64,000 bases of DNA from Camelus ferus. Taxonomy: Eukaryota. Shown here one piece after another: positions 1 to 13,208 of this stretch (position 1 is its first letter; every line of letters starts with the position of its first letter). Under the pieces are notes generated by a model, which saw only the letters and a program-made list of their open reading frames with translations, searched no databases and was not told the origin of the DNA. Where the stretch lies: positions 119,786,001 to 119,850,000 of the forward strand of contig NC_045696.1 in NCBI RefSeq assembly GCF_009834535.1, written 5' to 3'. The translations under genes were made by a program, and so were the position numbers.

Positions 1-1936
1 GTTCCTCTACCTAGTAACTCATGTCCAGCTTTCAACAAAAAATTACTAGGCATACTAGAAGGCAACAACAAACAAACAAAAACAATTTGCAGAGACACAT
101 CAAGCATCAGAACTAGAGTCAGACATGGCGTGTAGTAATGATCAGACCAGCAATCGAAAATAACTATGATTAATATGCTAAGGTCTCTACTGGAAAAAGT
201 AGACAATGTGCAAGACAGATAGGCAATGTAAGCAGAGAGAGAAAGATTCTGAAGAAGAAAGAAAAAGAAATACTTGAGATAAAAAGCATTGCCACAGAAC
301 TGAAGAATGTCTTTGACAGGGCTCCTCAGCAGACCAGACCTGGCTGAGGAAATAATCTCTGTGGTTGAGGATATGTCAATAGACATTTGCAGAACAGAAA
401 GGCAAAGAGAAAAAGACTGAAAAACATGGAATAAGGTATCCAAGAAGTGTCAGACAACTACAAAAGTTGTAACATACATGTAATGGGAATTTCAGAGGGA
501 AAAGAAAGAGAGAAAGGAACAGAACCAATATTTGAAGCAATAATGACTGAAAATTTCCCCCAATTAATGTCAGACACCAAACCACACAAGCAGGAAGCTC
601 AGAAAACACCAAGCAGGAGGATGTCAAACAAACAAACAAACAAACAAAAAAGCACACTTAGGCATATCACAGCCAAATTGCAGAAAATCAACAATAATGG
701 AAAAAATTTTGAAAGAAACCAGAGGAAAACAAACATCTTACCTATAAAGAATCAAAGAATCACATCTGACTTCCCCTCAGAAACCAAGCACAAAGAGAGT
801 GGAGTGAAATGTTCAAAGTGTTGTGAGAAAACCCCACCAACCTAAAATCCTATATCCTACAAAAGGGACCTTCAAAAGTGAAGGAAAACTAAAGACCATC
901 TTAGACAAAATCACCTGAAATGCTCGATTTAAATCATAAAGGCAGAAAAAGAGTGGAAGACAAAAATAGGAACAAAGAACAAGAGCAACAAGCAGAAAAC
1001 AGTGATAAATATGATACACATACACCCAACTGTATCAATAATTCCTTTAAATGTTAATGGCCTAAATGCACCAATTAAAAGGCAGACTGCTAGAGTGGAC
1101 TGAAAAGTAAGACCCAACCATATGCTGTCTACAAGAAACTCACGTTCAATATAAAGAAACACACAGATTAAAAGGAGAGGGATGGAGAAAAATTTGCCAC
1201 ACTAACGCTAATCAAAAGAAAGCTGGAGTAACTATGTTGATTTCAGACAGCATATTTCAAAGCAAGGGAAATTACCAGGGATAACAAGGGGCATTACATA
1301 TGATAAAAGGGTCAATTCCAAGAAGATACAACAATCATTAAATGCATGTGCCTAACAATAAAGCGTCAAAACACATAAGGCAAAAACTGACAGAGCTGCA
1401 AGGGGAAATAGATGAATCCACTATTACAGTTGGAGACGTCAACACCTCTCTAGTAATGGAAACAACCAGAAGGCAGAAAAATCAGTAAGGACAACTGAAC
1501 ACAATAGCACCATCAATTAGCTGGATATAATTGATGTCTATAGACTATTTTATCCAAGAACACCATTCTTCTCAAGCTTGCATGAAATGTTCACCAAGAT
1601 TGAATTATGGGCCATAAAACACACTTGAACAAATTCTAAAGAACAGAAATCATGCAATGTCTGCATTGAGATCACAATACTATTAAACTAGAAATCAACA
1701 GCAGAAAGAGAATTGGAAAATGCCCAAATAATTGAACATTAAACAGCACATTTCTAAATAACACATGGGTCAGAGAAGAAACCCCAAAAGAAAATTTTAA
1801 ATATTTTGAACTAAATGAAATACAACTTATCAAAATTTGTGAAATGCAGTAAAAGCAGCGTATAGAGGGATATTTACAGTATTGAGCACATACATTAGAA
1901 AAGAAGCAGAGATCTAAAATTAACAACTTAAGCTTT

Positions 1937-2735
1937 GATGTGGCCCAGATGCTGGAGTAGGACAATTCTGCGCTCACCTCCACCCACAGGTACACCTAAA
2001 TTACAGCTGTTTACAAAGCAACTGTCTGTAAGGATGACCTGAAGACCAGCAGAAAAGATTTTCTACAACTAAAGACATAAAGAAGTAACCTCACAAAGAC
2101 AGGGAGGAGGGGCAAAGATGCAGTTTAGTCAAGACCCACAAACTGGAGGATAATTACAAAGGTGGAGGGTCTCCCTAAGAAGTGAGGGGACCAAGCTCCA
2201 CTTTGGGTTCCCCAGCCCCGGTGGCCTGCGCAGGGAAGATGAGCCCCCAGAACGCCTGGCTCTGCAGGCCAGCGAGGACTGCACACGAGAGAGCCGAGGG
2301 CTCTAGGAAACAGAGACTCCACTCTTAAAGGGCACACACAAAACCTCACACACTCCTAGACCCAGGGCAAAGGCAGGAAACTGAAAGGAGCCTGGGTCAG
2401 ACCCACTCGCTGATCTTAGAGGGCCTGCTGGAGAGGTAAGAGGCAAATGTGATTCCCCCAGGGCACATGTCAGACACACAGACACTGGTGACAGCCATTC
2501 TGAGATGCTTGTCTCTGAGGACACTGGTGCTGGTGAGCACCATTTTGGACTCCTCCCCCAGCCTATTAGTGATAAGGGGTTACCCACCCACCAGTGGGCA
2601 GGAACTGGCTCCAGCCCCACTGGGCCCTGCAACCAGTTGCCCCAAGACTTGCCCCCACACACCAGCAGACCAGCAACAGACTCTAACCCCCTAGGGCTGC
2701 ACAGTCAGCCACTCCAGGACCCAGCCTTGCTCAAC
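1937..2735 (+). mobile_element. Isolated L1 5'-UTR-like segment nested in the older L1
   Basis: Abrupt switch to GC-rich sequence resembling a laurasiatherian L1 5' end, with ccaccagtgggc-type repeats; the older L1 ORF2 resumes afterwards. Confidence 0.55.
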
Positions 2736-2865
2736 ATCAGGCTTTCCAAAATACGTAAACTCACCAAGCTCAGACAGGTTCACTGGTAAGTTCTACCGAA
2801 CACTTGAGAAAGAAATTATGTTAATCCTTTATAACCTCTTCCAGAAGACAGAAGCAGAGAGCATA

Positions 2866-3074
2866 CAGTCGTCCCCTGGTATCCATGGTTCCAGGACCTG
2901 CTGCAGATACTAAATCCACAGATGCTCCAGGCCCACAGTCCGCCTTCTGTACACATGGTTCCACATCTTCAGATTCAACCAACTGCAGATCACATAGCAC
3001 AGTATTTATTGAAAAAAAATTCACATGTAAGTGGACACATGCAGTTCAAACCCAAGTTGTTCAAGGGTCAACTG
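2866..3074 (+). mobile_element. MER8-like TcMar-Tigger non-autonomous DNA transposon
   Basis: TA|CAGTCGTCCC...GGGTCAACTG|TA: terminal inverted repeats with a TA target duplication, interrupting L1 ORF2 text. Confidence 0.8.
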
Positions 3075-3981
3075 TACTCCCTAACTTGTTCTGTGAGGCC
3101 AGCATTACCCCAATACCAACATCAGACAAGGCATTACCAGGAAACAAAACTACAGACCAATCAATATCTAACATGAACATAGATGGAAAAATCCTCAACA
3201 AAATACTAGCAAATAAAATTCAGTTATAGAATAAGTCCAAGTTATTCTTTATAAAAAACCTCAAGTATATAGATAAATCATCAGTTAACCTAATTAAGAA
3301 AAAAAAAGAAACAACATACACAGATTGGTAACAATAAGGAGGAAATAGTTACAAATGCAGGAGAAAGTAAAAGAATGAATAATCTCCTCATTCAATTCTT
3401 TGTTGATAAATTTGAAAATTTAGATAAAATGGAAAATTTCCTAGGAAAATGTATTTTACCAAAACTTAACTCCAGATAAAAGAGAAAACTAAACAACAAT
3501 CACAGAAGAAATGACAGTTACCCAACAACTCTACCCTTCCCATCCTCCACCCTCACAACTGGCCCACATGGCTTCCAGAGGAAGTCTGTCCAACTATAAC
3601 GGAACACATAGTCCCAATGCTCCTGAGTGTCCCAGAACAAGAAAGGGTTTCTAATGAAATGATAAAATTCTGATAACGAAACCAACAAAGGCAGGGGTTC
3701 CATGATGTTCTCCAGAACCCAGGATCCTCCTCTCTCTGTGTCCCTCTGTCCTCAGCACAGCGACCATCTTCAGGGTCCCCTTGAGACTGCAGGAGGACTG
3801 CTTCAAGGCCAATAGCATGCTGCATGGAAGAGGAGGGTATGTGCCGGTTCAGGCAGCTTTCCCCAAGCCCTGTCCACTGCCTTCAGGTCAATTGCTTTGG
3901 CCAAGAAGGGGGCTCGTGACCATTCCTACTGCAAGGAAGGCTGGGGAGTGAGCTGCATTATCATCTTGAATAAAATCAAGA

Positions 3982-4146
3982 TTCTGCCACATAAAACATA
4001 GGAGGACCAGTTAAGTTTGAATTTTGGGTAAACAAGTACGTTGGAACGTACACTAAAAAATTACTCATTGTTTACCAGAAATTCAAATTTAACTGAGAGT
4101 TCTGAGTGCCTGTTTTGTTTTGTTTTTCTAAATCTAGTAACTCTAC
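3982..4146. mobile_element. MER53-like palindromic hAT MITE
   Basis: Inverted arms at 4008-4035 and 4068-4095 (cagttaagtttgaatt...aattcaaatttaactg). Confidence 0.7.
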
Positions 4147-5166
4147 CCATAAGTGGCCAAGTAACCATTACTCTGACTTTTACAGTTATCATTTCCATTA
4201 AAAACGAAATAGGTAAAGCTTTATCACCGAACGTATACCTCTACGCATTACAGTTTAGTCCTCTCAGTTAAAGAAATCTGCTATGTCCTTAAGTCTCTTT
4301 CAATGTATAGGTTCTTTTCCCATCCCTTCTATTTCCTTAGACTCAACCTGTGGGAGAAGTCTGCTCATTTGACCTGTAGATTTTCCAACAGAAAGTATTT
4401 TGCTTATACAGCATGGAGAGATTCATGCTTTTCCTCTTCTGAGTATTTCTTGCAAATTGAAGCTGGATCCAGAGACTGGATCAGGCTCAGGTCCCATCCC
4501 TTTGGCAAGACTGTGGGCGGCAGTATGTTCTTTCAACCTGACACTTGCGTCTGCCTCTCTTTTCATTATCAGCACAAAACACTGACCCTGAAAGCCGTTT
4601 TCTAGTCCCTGGGGATTGTGAAATGCTGGTATTCTAATTCTACCAGTTCAGTTTTATTTATTAATTGGAATTTTTTTTGATAAAGACATTTTATTTTATC
4701 TACTGCTTGGTTATCTAATGGTACAGTTCATAGAGGAAAGGCAGCCTAAATGCTAGATTCTCTCTCCCATTCTTTTAAAAATCAGTTTTCAAGATAAGGA
4801 ACTAGTTTATTATTTTCTGAAGGTGACCAATTTTTAAAAAAATATTGTGAACTCATGGATTTAAACATGCTTCATGGGTTTCTTTTCCACTGCGATTATT
4901 ATCATCATTGAAACTCAAACTATCCCCCCCTTGGCCAGCGGCAGCCTCTTGAAGCCTGCTCTTGATTCCTCTTGACGCCACCTTAACAGCTCCTGACGGC
5001 TTCTTTGTAATCTAGCATTGAGAGCTGTCCAAAGCTTATTGTGCACACTTCCTGGCTTAGATCTGGAACTGGCCATTTTCTAAGAAGCCCTGGGTCCAAA
5101 ACGGAGTCTTTGAAAAGACTAAGGAAATAAATAAGACTCAATCAAGACTGATCAAGGAGAAAAGCA

Positions 5167-5189
5167 ACACACACACACACACACACACA
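5167..5189. repeat. (AC)n microsatellite
   Basis: Direct reading, about 11 units. Confidence 0.95.
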
Positions 5190-5894
5190 TAAAGAAAAAA
5201 TTAAAAGGGAACACAATAATGATTACAACAGTGATCGCAGAACTGATTCTTGGATGCCTTGAAACAAACGTATGTCAAATGGATATGTGCATGAAATGCA
5301 TAATTTTCTAGGAAAATAACACTTAGGAAAACTAAGTCCAAAAAAGATAGAAAAATGAAGCAGACCAATTATCCAAGAAAAGTTATATTATCAAAGACTC
5401 TCTAATTGCACCCATTTTGGTATATTTTTCAGGGGAATTCTCCCAAACATTCAAGGAAAAGATACATAATGTATCTTTAATACAAATATATTTATATATA
5501 CGTATTTCATATAAACTGTTTCAAAAATTTTTAAAAGACAGTATAACCTTGATACCCAAGCTAGATAAGGATAGTCCAAGAAAGGAAAAATGGTTGACTC
5601 TTACTCTTAAACACAAATGCAGAAAGCCTGAATAAAAATAGCAAACTTAGTTAAGCAATGTATAAGAAGAAAATCATCACAACCAAACTGTGTTTATCAC
5701 AAGAATGATGAATTATTTAATATGAAAGTATATCAACTTAATTCACCACATTAACAAATTAAATGAAATTAAAATGTCACTTATCAGTGCTTCTTTTCTA
5801 TAGTGTACTGAAGGTCTTGGCCATTGCAACAAGATAAGAAAAAGAATGTGATAAACTGATAATGTGTACGAAAGAGAAAGAAGCCAAGAATAGA

Positions 5895-6372
5895 TTTAGC
5901 AGGCAGAATAATGGCCCCTCAGAGATGGTCATGTCCTAATCCCCAGACCTGCGAGTGCGTCAGGTGACATGGCAATGGGGAATTAAGGTCGCTAATAAAC
6001 AGACTGTGACACACGCAGACCACCCTGGATTATCCGGGTGAACTCAACGTAATTACCAGTGTCTGGAGGAGTGGAAGAGAGAAGCAGGAGAGCCGGGGGG
6101 ATGGCAGCATAAGAAGGACGTGGCCCAATGTTGCTCACTGTGAAGATGGAGCCAAGAACTTGGGAGGCCTCTAGGAGTTTGGAGGAGAGAGGCATGGATT
6201 CTCTCCTGGAGCCTCCAGAAAAGAATGAGGTCCTGCCAACACCCTGACATTATCCCAGTGAAACCCATTTTAGACTCCTGAACTATAGGAGTGTTAAGAT
6301 GATACATTCATGTTGTTTTAAGCCATTAAGTTTGTGGTAATTTGTTACAACAGTGATAGGAAACTAATTATA
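5895..6372 (+). mobile_element. MLT1D-like ERVL-MaLR solo LTR
   Basis: gcagaataatggcccc start; ctcctggagcctccaga; ends gtggtaatttgttacaacagtgataggaaactaat. Confidence 0.8.
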
Positions 6373-7035
6373 ATAGACAAAACGGTTTCAAAAGAACGAA
6401 GTAGGAGGACTTGTCCTACCAACATAAAGACTTATTTCAAAAACACAGAAATTAAGAGAGTGTAGGATTGGTGCTGGGTAGGAAAAGAACAGAGTCCAGA
6501 GACAGACCAAATGTATATGGAGCAACTATACACAGAGTTAAAAGACAAAGAATAAGCATCCAGAATGTATAAAGAACATTTACAAATAAATAAGAAAAAT
6601 GTAAACAATCCAATAAAGAAAAGGGCAAAATATATAAACAGGTAATTCACAGAAGAAATCCAGATGGTAAACCCTCATCTATACCCATATCTGTAAACTA
6701 TATCCAGGTGTGTTCACTAATAGTCAGGGAAATGGGAATGAAAAGCCATATCACATCCACCAACTTGGCAAAAAAATTTAAATTCCACAACTGAGGATGT
6801 AGAGAAAGGGGAGTCCTTATATGCAGATGGTAGGAATATAAATTGGTACAATAATCTGGGAGACCAATTTGGCAATATCTAGTAAAATCAATGGCGACGC
6901 ACCCCTAGATATATATACATAAAAACTCACACATGTGCACAAAGAGACATGCAAGGATGTTCAGAGAAAACTGTTTACAAGACTGAAAAGCCTAAAACAA
7001 CCTAAACACCCATCACCTAAAGAATGGATAGGTGG

Positions 7036-7829
7036 AAGTCAGAATGGCAGTCATTAAATAATAATATCCGATAAATGCCGGAGAGGGTGTGGAGAAAAAG
7101 GAACCCTCCTACACTGCTGGTGGGAATGCAGTCTGGTGCAGCCATTAGAGAGGGCAGTATGGAGATTCCTTAAAAGACTAAAAATAGACTTACCATATGA
7201 TCCAGCAATCCCACTCCTAGGCATATATCCAGAGGGAACCTTAATTCAAAAAGATACATGCACCCCAGTGTTCACAGCAGCACTATTTACAATAGCCAAG
7301 ACATGGAAACAACCTAAATGTCCATCAACAGATGACTGGATAAAGAAGTTGTGGCATATTTATATGACGGAAAACTACTCAGCCATAAAAAAGAATAAAA
7401 TAATGTCATTTGCAGCAACATGGATGGACCTGGAAATCATCATTCTAAGTGAAGTAAGTCAGAAAGAGAAAGAAAAATATCATATGATACTACTCATATG
7501 TAGAATCTTAAAAAAAAAGACACAAATGAACTTATTTACAAAACTGAAACAGACTCACAGACATAGAAAACAAACTCATGGTTACCAGGGGGGAAGGGGG
7601 TGCAAAGGGATAAATTGGGAGTTCGAGATTTGCAGATACTAACTACTATATATAAAACAGGTAATCAACAAGTTCATTCTGTATGGCACAGGGAACTCTA
7701 TTCAGTATCTTGTAGTAACCTATAATGAAAAGTATGAAAAGGAATATATGTATGTATATGTATGACCGAAACATGCTGTACACCAGAAATTGACACATGT
7801 AAACTGACTATACTTCAATTAAAAAAAAA
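7036..7829 (+). mobile_element. Young 5'-truncated L1 with poly(A) and TSD
   Basis: ORF 7136-7642 is the L1 ORF2p C-terminus ([14 protein letters not shown]...). A-tail at 7821-7830; perfect TSD agaatggataggtgg at 7021-7035 and 7830-7844. Confidence 0.93.
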
Positions 7830-10176
7830 AGAATGGATAGGTGGGAATTATAAACACCAAATTCAAGATAGGGATTACCTCTATGGCACAGGGGAGGAGA
7901 GGTGATGGTGGGGAGACACAGGGGGCTCCACTGTATGTGTAATGCATTTCTTAAGCTAGGGCTGGATACGTGGGTGTCTGTTAATCTCATTCCTTATTCA
8001 TGTGTCTGAAAGGTGTCATAAATATTACATATATAAAAAAAGAAAGTGAATAAAACAAGGCATCACAGCTAAGCTCCAAAGAGGAACTTAGAGGTTATAA
8101 TGCAGAAAAAAGTTTAAGGAAGGGCTTGGTTTCTTCATCATGAAGATGGCCTTCACCTGGGGTTACACCGCAGTTTAACTCCAAACCCCAGGAATCATTT
8201 GGATTCTGCCCTGGAGCTGACTCTTTGTTTCCCTGACACAGAGAAGCAATTAGAAGCAAAACAAAACAGTAAGATATAAAAAGCTAAAGGAAGGGGCTAT
8301 AATGAAGGCTGATGGCCAAACAGAAGAAACAAATGAGAACAGAAAGCATTTAAACAGTGACTAATCCCATGTTTCACAGGTGATGGCAGCCCCAGCGCTA
8401 CCCCCGGGGCCACCCCCAAGCGTGGAGTCTCAGCATATGGAGAAATACGGTATCACAATTTCTAAGCCATTTGAAATAAATCACTTAAGTTCTCATAGCA
8501 GGAGCTATATTTGTCACCATTTCCTGGTGCACTTCACACAAAGTAAACATCCTTATCAGAGATCTAATCATTGCTGATGTCAAACTATCCCGGATTTGCT
8601 TTGAAAAACCAAACCAAACAAAACAAAACAAAAAAACAAAAACAAAAAACACATGGAAACAATGCTCCTTTTGTTTCTGGCCCACAGTGCTCCCACTCCA
8701 GGTCCGGGTGTCCCTGGCATTAAAATGCAGAGCAAAGGCAAAGGGCTTGCAGGCGCAGGCCAAGGGCAGGAATCCAAGCATTTTCTAGGTCAGAGGGTAA
8801 CTGGGAAAAACTCCCAGTGCCTGTCCCCTGGTTATGTCACTAGTTTTGCTTCAAGCCTCTCTCTGAGCTTCGGTACTCTGCAGTTCATAAATGTAATGGG
8901 AAGCAAACAAAATCAGTCTACCCTGTTGTATTCAAAGAGCCATTTTACTCCACATTGACCAATTGCCAACAGCACATGTCTTGCTGTTCAATTTTCAATG
9001 TTGGTTTTAAAAACAGTACTCTACATAGATTTCCTTTTGGGTTGCTGTGGCTTGCTTTAGTTTGTATTTAAGATATTTAGCTTCGGTTTCCTATTTCAGC
9101 CAATTTTATTTTATTTTCAGCTATTCTATAATGCATCACAAATTACCCTAAATCATTTCTTTATTTGCTAATCAAACACTTCACATTTTGATAAAATATG
9201 CCTATGGGAACATTTCTCACAGGTTCAGTTAGTGCTTTGCTTTGAAGTAATCAAAAGGATTTACAGTGTCCTTGTTAGTTTACTGAAATTAAAACATACT
9301 GTCATAATTTGGAGGCCTAAGGAGTGACTACCTATAGAAGCTGCCTGTTTTAAATCTTTCATGGGTATATTTTCTCCAGGTATCATTTTGCAACTCGTAC
9401 GAAATTATCTGGTTGCCTGGATATTCTCTACAGCTGGATTTAAGAAAGCTGCCAGATATCTCCCTTATACCCTCAGGTCTGGAGCCCACAAACAGAGAAA
9501 TCGGTATGAACATTCTTTGGTGACTGGCTCTGTTCTTTGGAGAGCTGTTATCATTACTTTATCCTTTTCTTTAAGAAAATCTAGACTTAATCCTCTTCTG
9601 ACTTCCTTCCACCAATAAACACACAAACAAAGCCACACAAATAAAATTCCATGCCTACCATCAATGAAAGTAATAAAGAACGTGATTAATGCTTACAATG
9701 TCTGCACAAAGGGCCTCGGGTAAGCTACAAAAGAATCCTGGAATCCGGTCATTGCCATGGGATTGAAAGGAGTTGTTGCTCCAAGTGCCTGTTGATCCTG
9801 GGGGAGGACTCTAAGCGCTTCTGCTGAGTCATCAGACCCAAGTGAACTGTGGAACGCTGCCCTCTGAACTCAGGGGCATCTGTAAGGGTAAAGCAAGTTT
9901 CAACAGTCTCATCGACTTTTCCTTCTGCTACAGGGCAAGGTCCAGTCAGTTGAGAATTTATGCTTTTGCACAAGCAGTTAGTCTGAATTCAGGGGGTTTG
10001 TTCCAATCCAGAGTTCTGTTTTTAGCACACTTTCTACCGAGTGGGTGTGCCGGTGATTTTTCGGCACAGCAGTGGACACCAGGCACCATGATCTGACTAC
10101 CATCAATACAGTCCGTGCTGCCAATGTCAAACCAGCTAGATGGAACCTGTAAATCCAAATTAATCAACAGTATTTG

Positions 10177-10265
10177 GTATGACTGAAGTATCGTGCTGTA
10201 CACCAGAAATTGACACATCATTGTAAATTGACTATACTTCAGTAAGAATATATTTAAAAAAAAAA
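10177..10265 (+). mobile_element. Very short L1 3'-end insertion
   Basis: Matches the 3' terminus of the L1 at 7760-7820; A-tail; TSD agtatttg at 10169-10176 and 10267-10274. Confidence 0.8.
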
Positions 10266-10303
10266 TAGTATTTGATAACGGGCAATCACACATTAAATTA
10301 TTA

Positions 10304-11374
10304 TTATTATTTTTAAACATTTTTTATTGATTTATAATCATTTTACAATGTTGTGTCAAATTCCAGTATAGAGCACAATTTTTCAGTTATACATGAACAT
10401 ATATATATATTCATTGTCACATTTTTTTCTCTGTGAGCTACCATAAGACCTTGTGTATATTTCCCTGTACTATACAGTATAATCTTGTTTATCTATTCTA
10501 CAATTTTGAAATCCTGTCTATCCCTTCCCACCCTCTGCCCCCTTGACAACCACAAGTTTGTATTCTATGTCTATGAGTCTGTTTCTGTTTTGTATTTATG
10601 TTTTTTTTTTTTAAGATTCCACATATGAGCAATCTCATATGGTATTTTTCTTTCTCTTTCTGGCTTACTTCACTTAGAATGACATTCTCCAGGAGCATCC
10701 ATGTTGCTGCAAATGGTGTTATGTTGTCGGTTTTTATGGCTGAGTAGTATTCCATTGTATAAATATACCACTTCTTCTTTATCCAGTCATCCATTGATGG
10801 ACACTTAGGCTGTTTCCATGTCTTGGCTATTGTAAATAGTGCTGCTATGAACATTGGGGTGCAGGTGTCATCCTGAAGTAGGGTTCCTTCTGGATATATG
10901 CCCAGGAGTGGGATTCCTGGGTCATATGGTAAGTCTATTCCTAGTCTTTTGAGGAATCTCCATACTGTTTTCCACAGTGGCTGCACCAAACTGCATTCCC
11001 ACCAGCAAGAAGGAGGGTACCCTTTTCTCCACAGCCTCTCCAGCATTTGTCATTTGTGGATTTTTGAATGATGGCCATTCTGATTGGTGTGAGGCGATAC
11101 CTCATTGTAGTTTTGATTTGCATTTCTCTCATAATTAGTGATACTGAGCATTTTTTCATGTGTCTATTGATCATTTGTATGTCTTCCTTGGAGAATTGCT
11201 TGTTTAGTCTTTTGCCCATTTTTGGATTGGGTTGTTTGGTTGTTTCTTATTAAGTTGTATGAGCTGCTTATATATTCTGGAGATCAAGCCTTTGTCGGTT
11301 TCATTTGCAAAAATTTTCTCCCATTCCGTAGGTTGTCTTTTTGTTTTACTTACGGTTTCCTTTGCTGTGCAGAA
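10304..11374 (-). mobile_element. Young 5'-truncated L1 with 16-bp TSD
   Basis: ORFs 10498-11046 and 10941-11219 are the ORF2p C-terminus; TSD acacattaaattatta at 10288-10303 and 11375-11390. Confidence 0.93.
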
Positions 11375-11418
11375 ACACATTAAATTATTAACTCATGCTT
11401 CGAGCACGAGTACAGAGC

Positions 11419-11580
11419 TAGTGGTTCTCAAGTCCAGCTGCATATCAAAATTAGATAGTAGCTTAAAAAATATACACAGGCGCCTAATTTGTCCTAAGAC
11501 GCTGATTCAGAAGATGTGGGGTAAGGCCCAAGCAGTTGTATGTTTAAAAAGCTTTCTAAGTGATTCTGATGCAATGGGAG
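11419..11580. mobile_element. MER5-like hAT-Charlie fragment
   Basis: agtggttctcaa...ctgattcag...taagtgattctgatgca. Confidence 0.6.
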
Positions 11581-13208
11581 GGGTAGGGGTAAAGACTCAC
11601 ACACAGGTACTGATGTCAACAATCCCACAGGATAGAGAGGTGTGGGGTCCATGCTTCTCAAACAGGGACAGGAGACACTGTACCAAGGACTATTCAAAAC
11701 CACACAAAGAACATTTTGCAACTTTCTGGAAAGTCAATTTTACTTGACAGGTGAGTAGTTTAAAATGGAAAGAATAGAAAACTAACAGATTGGCTACTGA
11801 GTTGTTGAGGCCTGTACTTCTAGCTCAAGTGATCTTATGACTAACTCCCTGTGCATTCTTTTCTTAGAATAACTTATCCTTTTACCCTAAAAGTCTTGAA
11901 AGAAGGTGGACTGAATCTCTAGAAAATGGGCAAACCCTCCTCAATTTCTCCATAACAGCAGCAAGTTCTTATCAAGGTGAAAGAAATGCAGCTCCTGCTC
12001 ACACCCTAATTGTTATCACCTTCCTGTCTCCATTTTTCTATAAAACCTCAAGACCCCAGCCCCAGGGCTCAGGCTTTAAGGCATTAGCCTCTTACATGGG
12101 CTACCTTAGGCACCATCCCCATACCCAGGGAGGCCAACTGTTTCACTCTCCTCTGTTTGGGATGGGAGTTAGGGCTTGAAATGTAAGGGAAAGACCTTTA
12201 GGAAGGGCCCACTGGGTTTTGAAATCCTTTTATTTCCAATACTTTTCATTCATTTCACTACCTATGACCTACACCTCTCTCGTCTTGTTTCTTTACTTTC
12301 CACATATTCCTGGTCTTTTTGCTTCAAAACACTTCAAATCCTCAAGAATTTTGAAGTTCCACTCTTCGCTGCTATGGTAGATTTTCTGTGTGCCACTGAG
12401 CAGATGGTCAAAAGACCCTGAGGCTGCAGTCGCAAAAAAAAAAAAAAAAAAAAATCACACAAAGCAAGGTTTTCACTCAAAAATATTTTAAAAGGTTCTC
12501 AGCTGCAGGAATTGATTGTGGTCTGGGACCGACTCTAAGAATTACAAAAACTCCCATTTCCTGACTTTGGAAAGGCAAGACTGGAGAGTAATGCGGATTT
12601 GTAGCAAGGGCTGCAGAAAACAAAGGTCAAAGGTAACTAGGTTCAGGTTACTCTCTTATCTCTTGTGGTCGGAGGGCTGGACAGCGACTAGAGCACAAGA
12701 CTGGAAGTCCGAGGCCCGGCCGGGGTCCAAGGGGTCTGGGGAAGTTTCTTATCTCCCGCTTGGAGATTCTGCTTCGTTACCTAAGCTGTGGGGTAAAGTG
12801 CACAACGGCTCACGGATTCCATTAACGCGTCTTACTATGCTTCACGGACCGCAAAGCCACAAAGTTATGAAAGTAGAAACCAAAAGGCGCGTAAGCAAAA
12901 GCCCCGAACACCGAAGACGCGAATGAATGACGACACAACCCCAAGACGACTTCGCTCAACAGCGGCGCCATTCAGCCACCCGTGTCCCAGCAGCCTTTGC
13001 GAAACTGCACGCAGCCCCCAGAGGGGCGAGGGGCGGAGGCGGAGCCAGGCGGCGCCCGCGCCACGCCTCTTCTGCCCCTCGCCACGCCCCTTTCGCTCCC
13101 CCAATCCGCCTTTGGCCCCAACTCTGCACGTGCGCTATCCGCCTTTTCCTCGGAAATAGGTCCGGAAGGCGGAATATGGCCAGAAGCCACCGCAGTTTGG
13201 CCTCTCAC

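Larger units (their letters stand above)
1..3240 (+). mobile_element. Old L1 (LINE-1) ORF1 to ORF2 remnant, with deletions and two nested insertions
   Basis: ORF 447-845 resembles L1 ORF1p (GISEGKEREKGTEPIFEAIMTENFPQLM). Endonuclease-like DNA at 1040-1900 and RT-like SNMNIDGKILNKILANKI near 3200; many stops and frameshifts. Confidence 0.85.

Noticed and set aside
7136..11219. Long ORFs 7136-7642 (+) and 10498-11046 / 10941-11219 (-) as genes
   Set aside because: They translate to the L1 ORF2p C-terminus inside TSD-flanked truncated L1 copies.
1..13000. BTD coding exons on the minus strand
   Set aside because: No biotinidase-like peptide was found; the region is repeat-rich and consistent with a long first intron.
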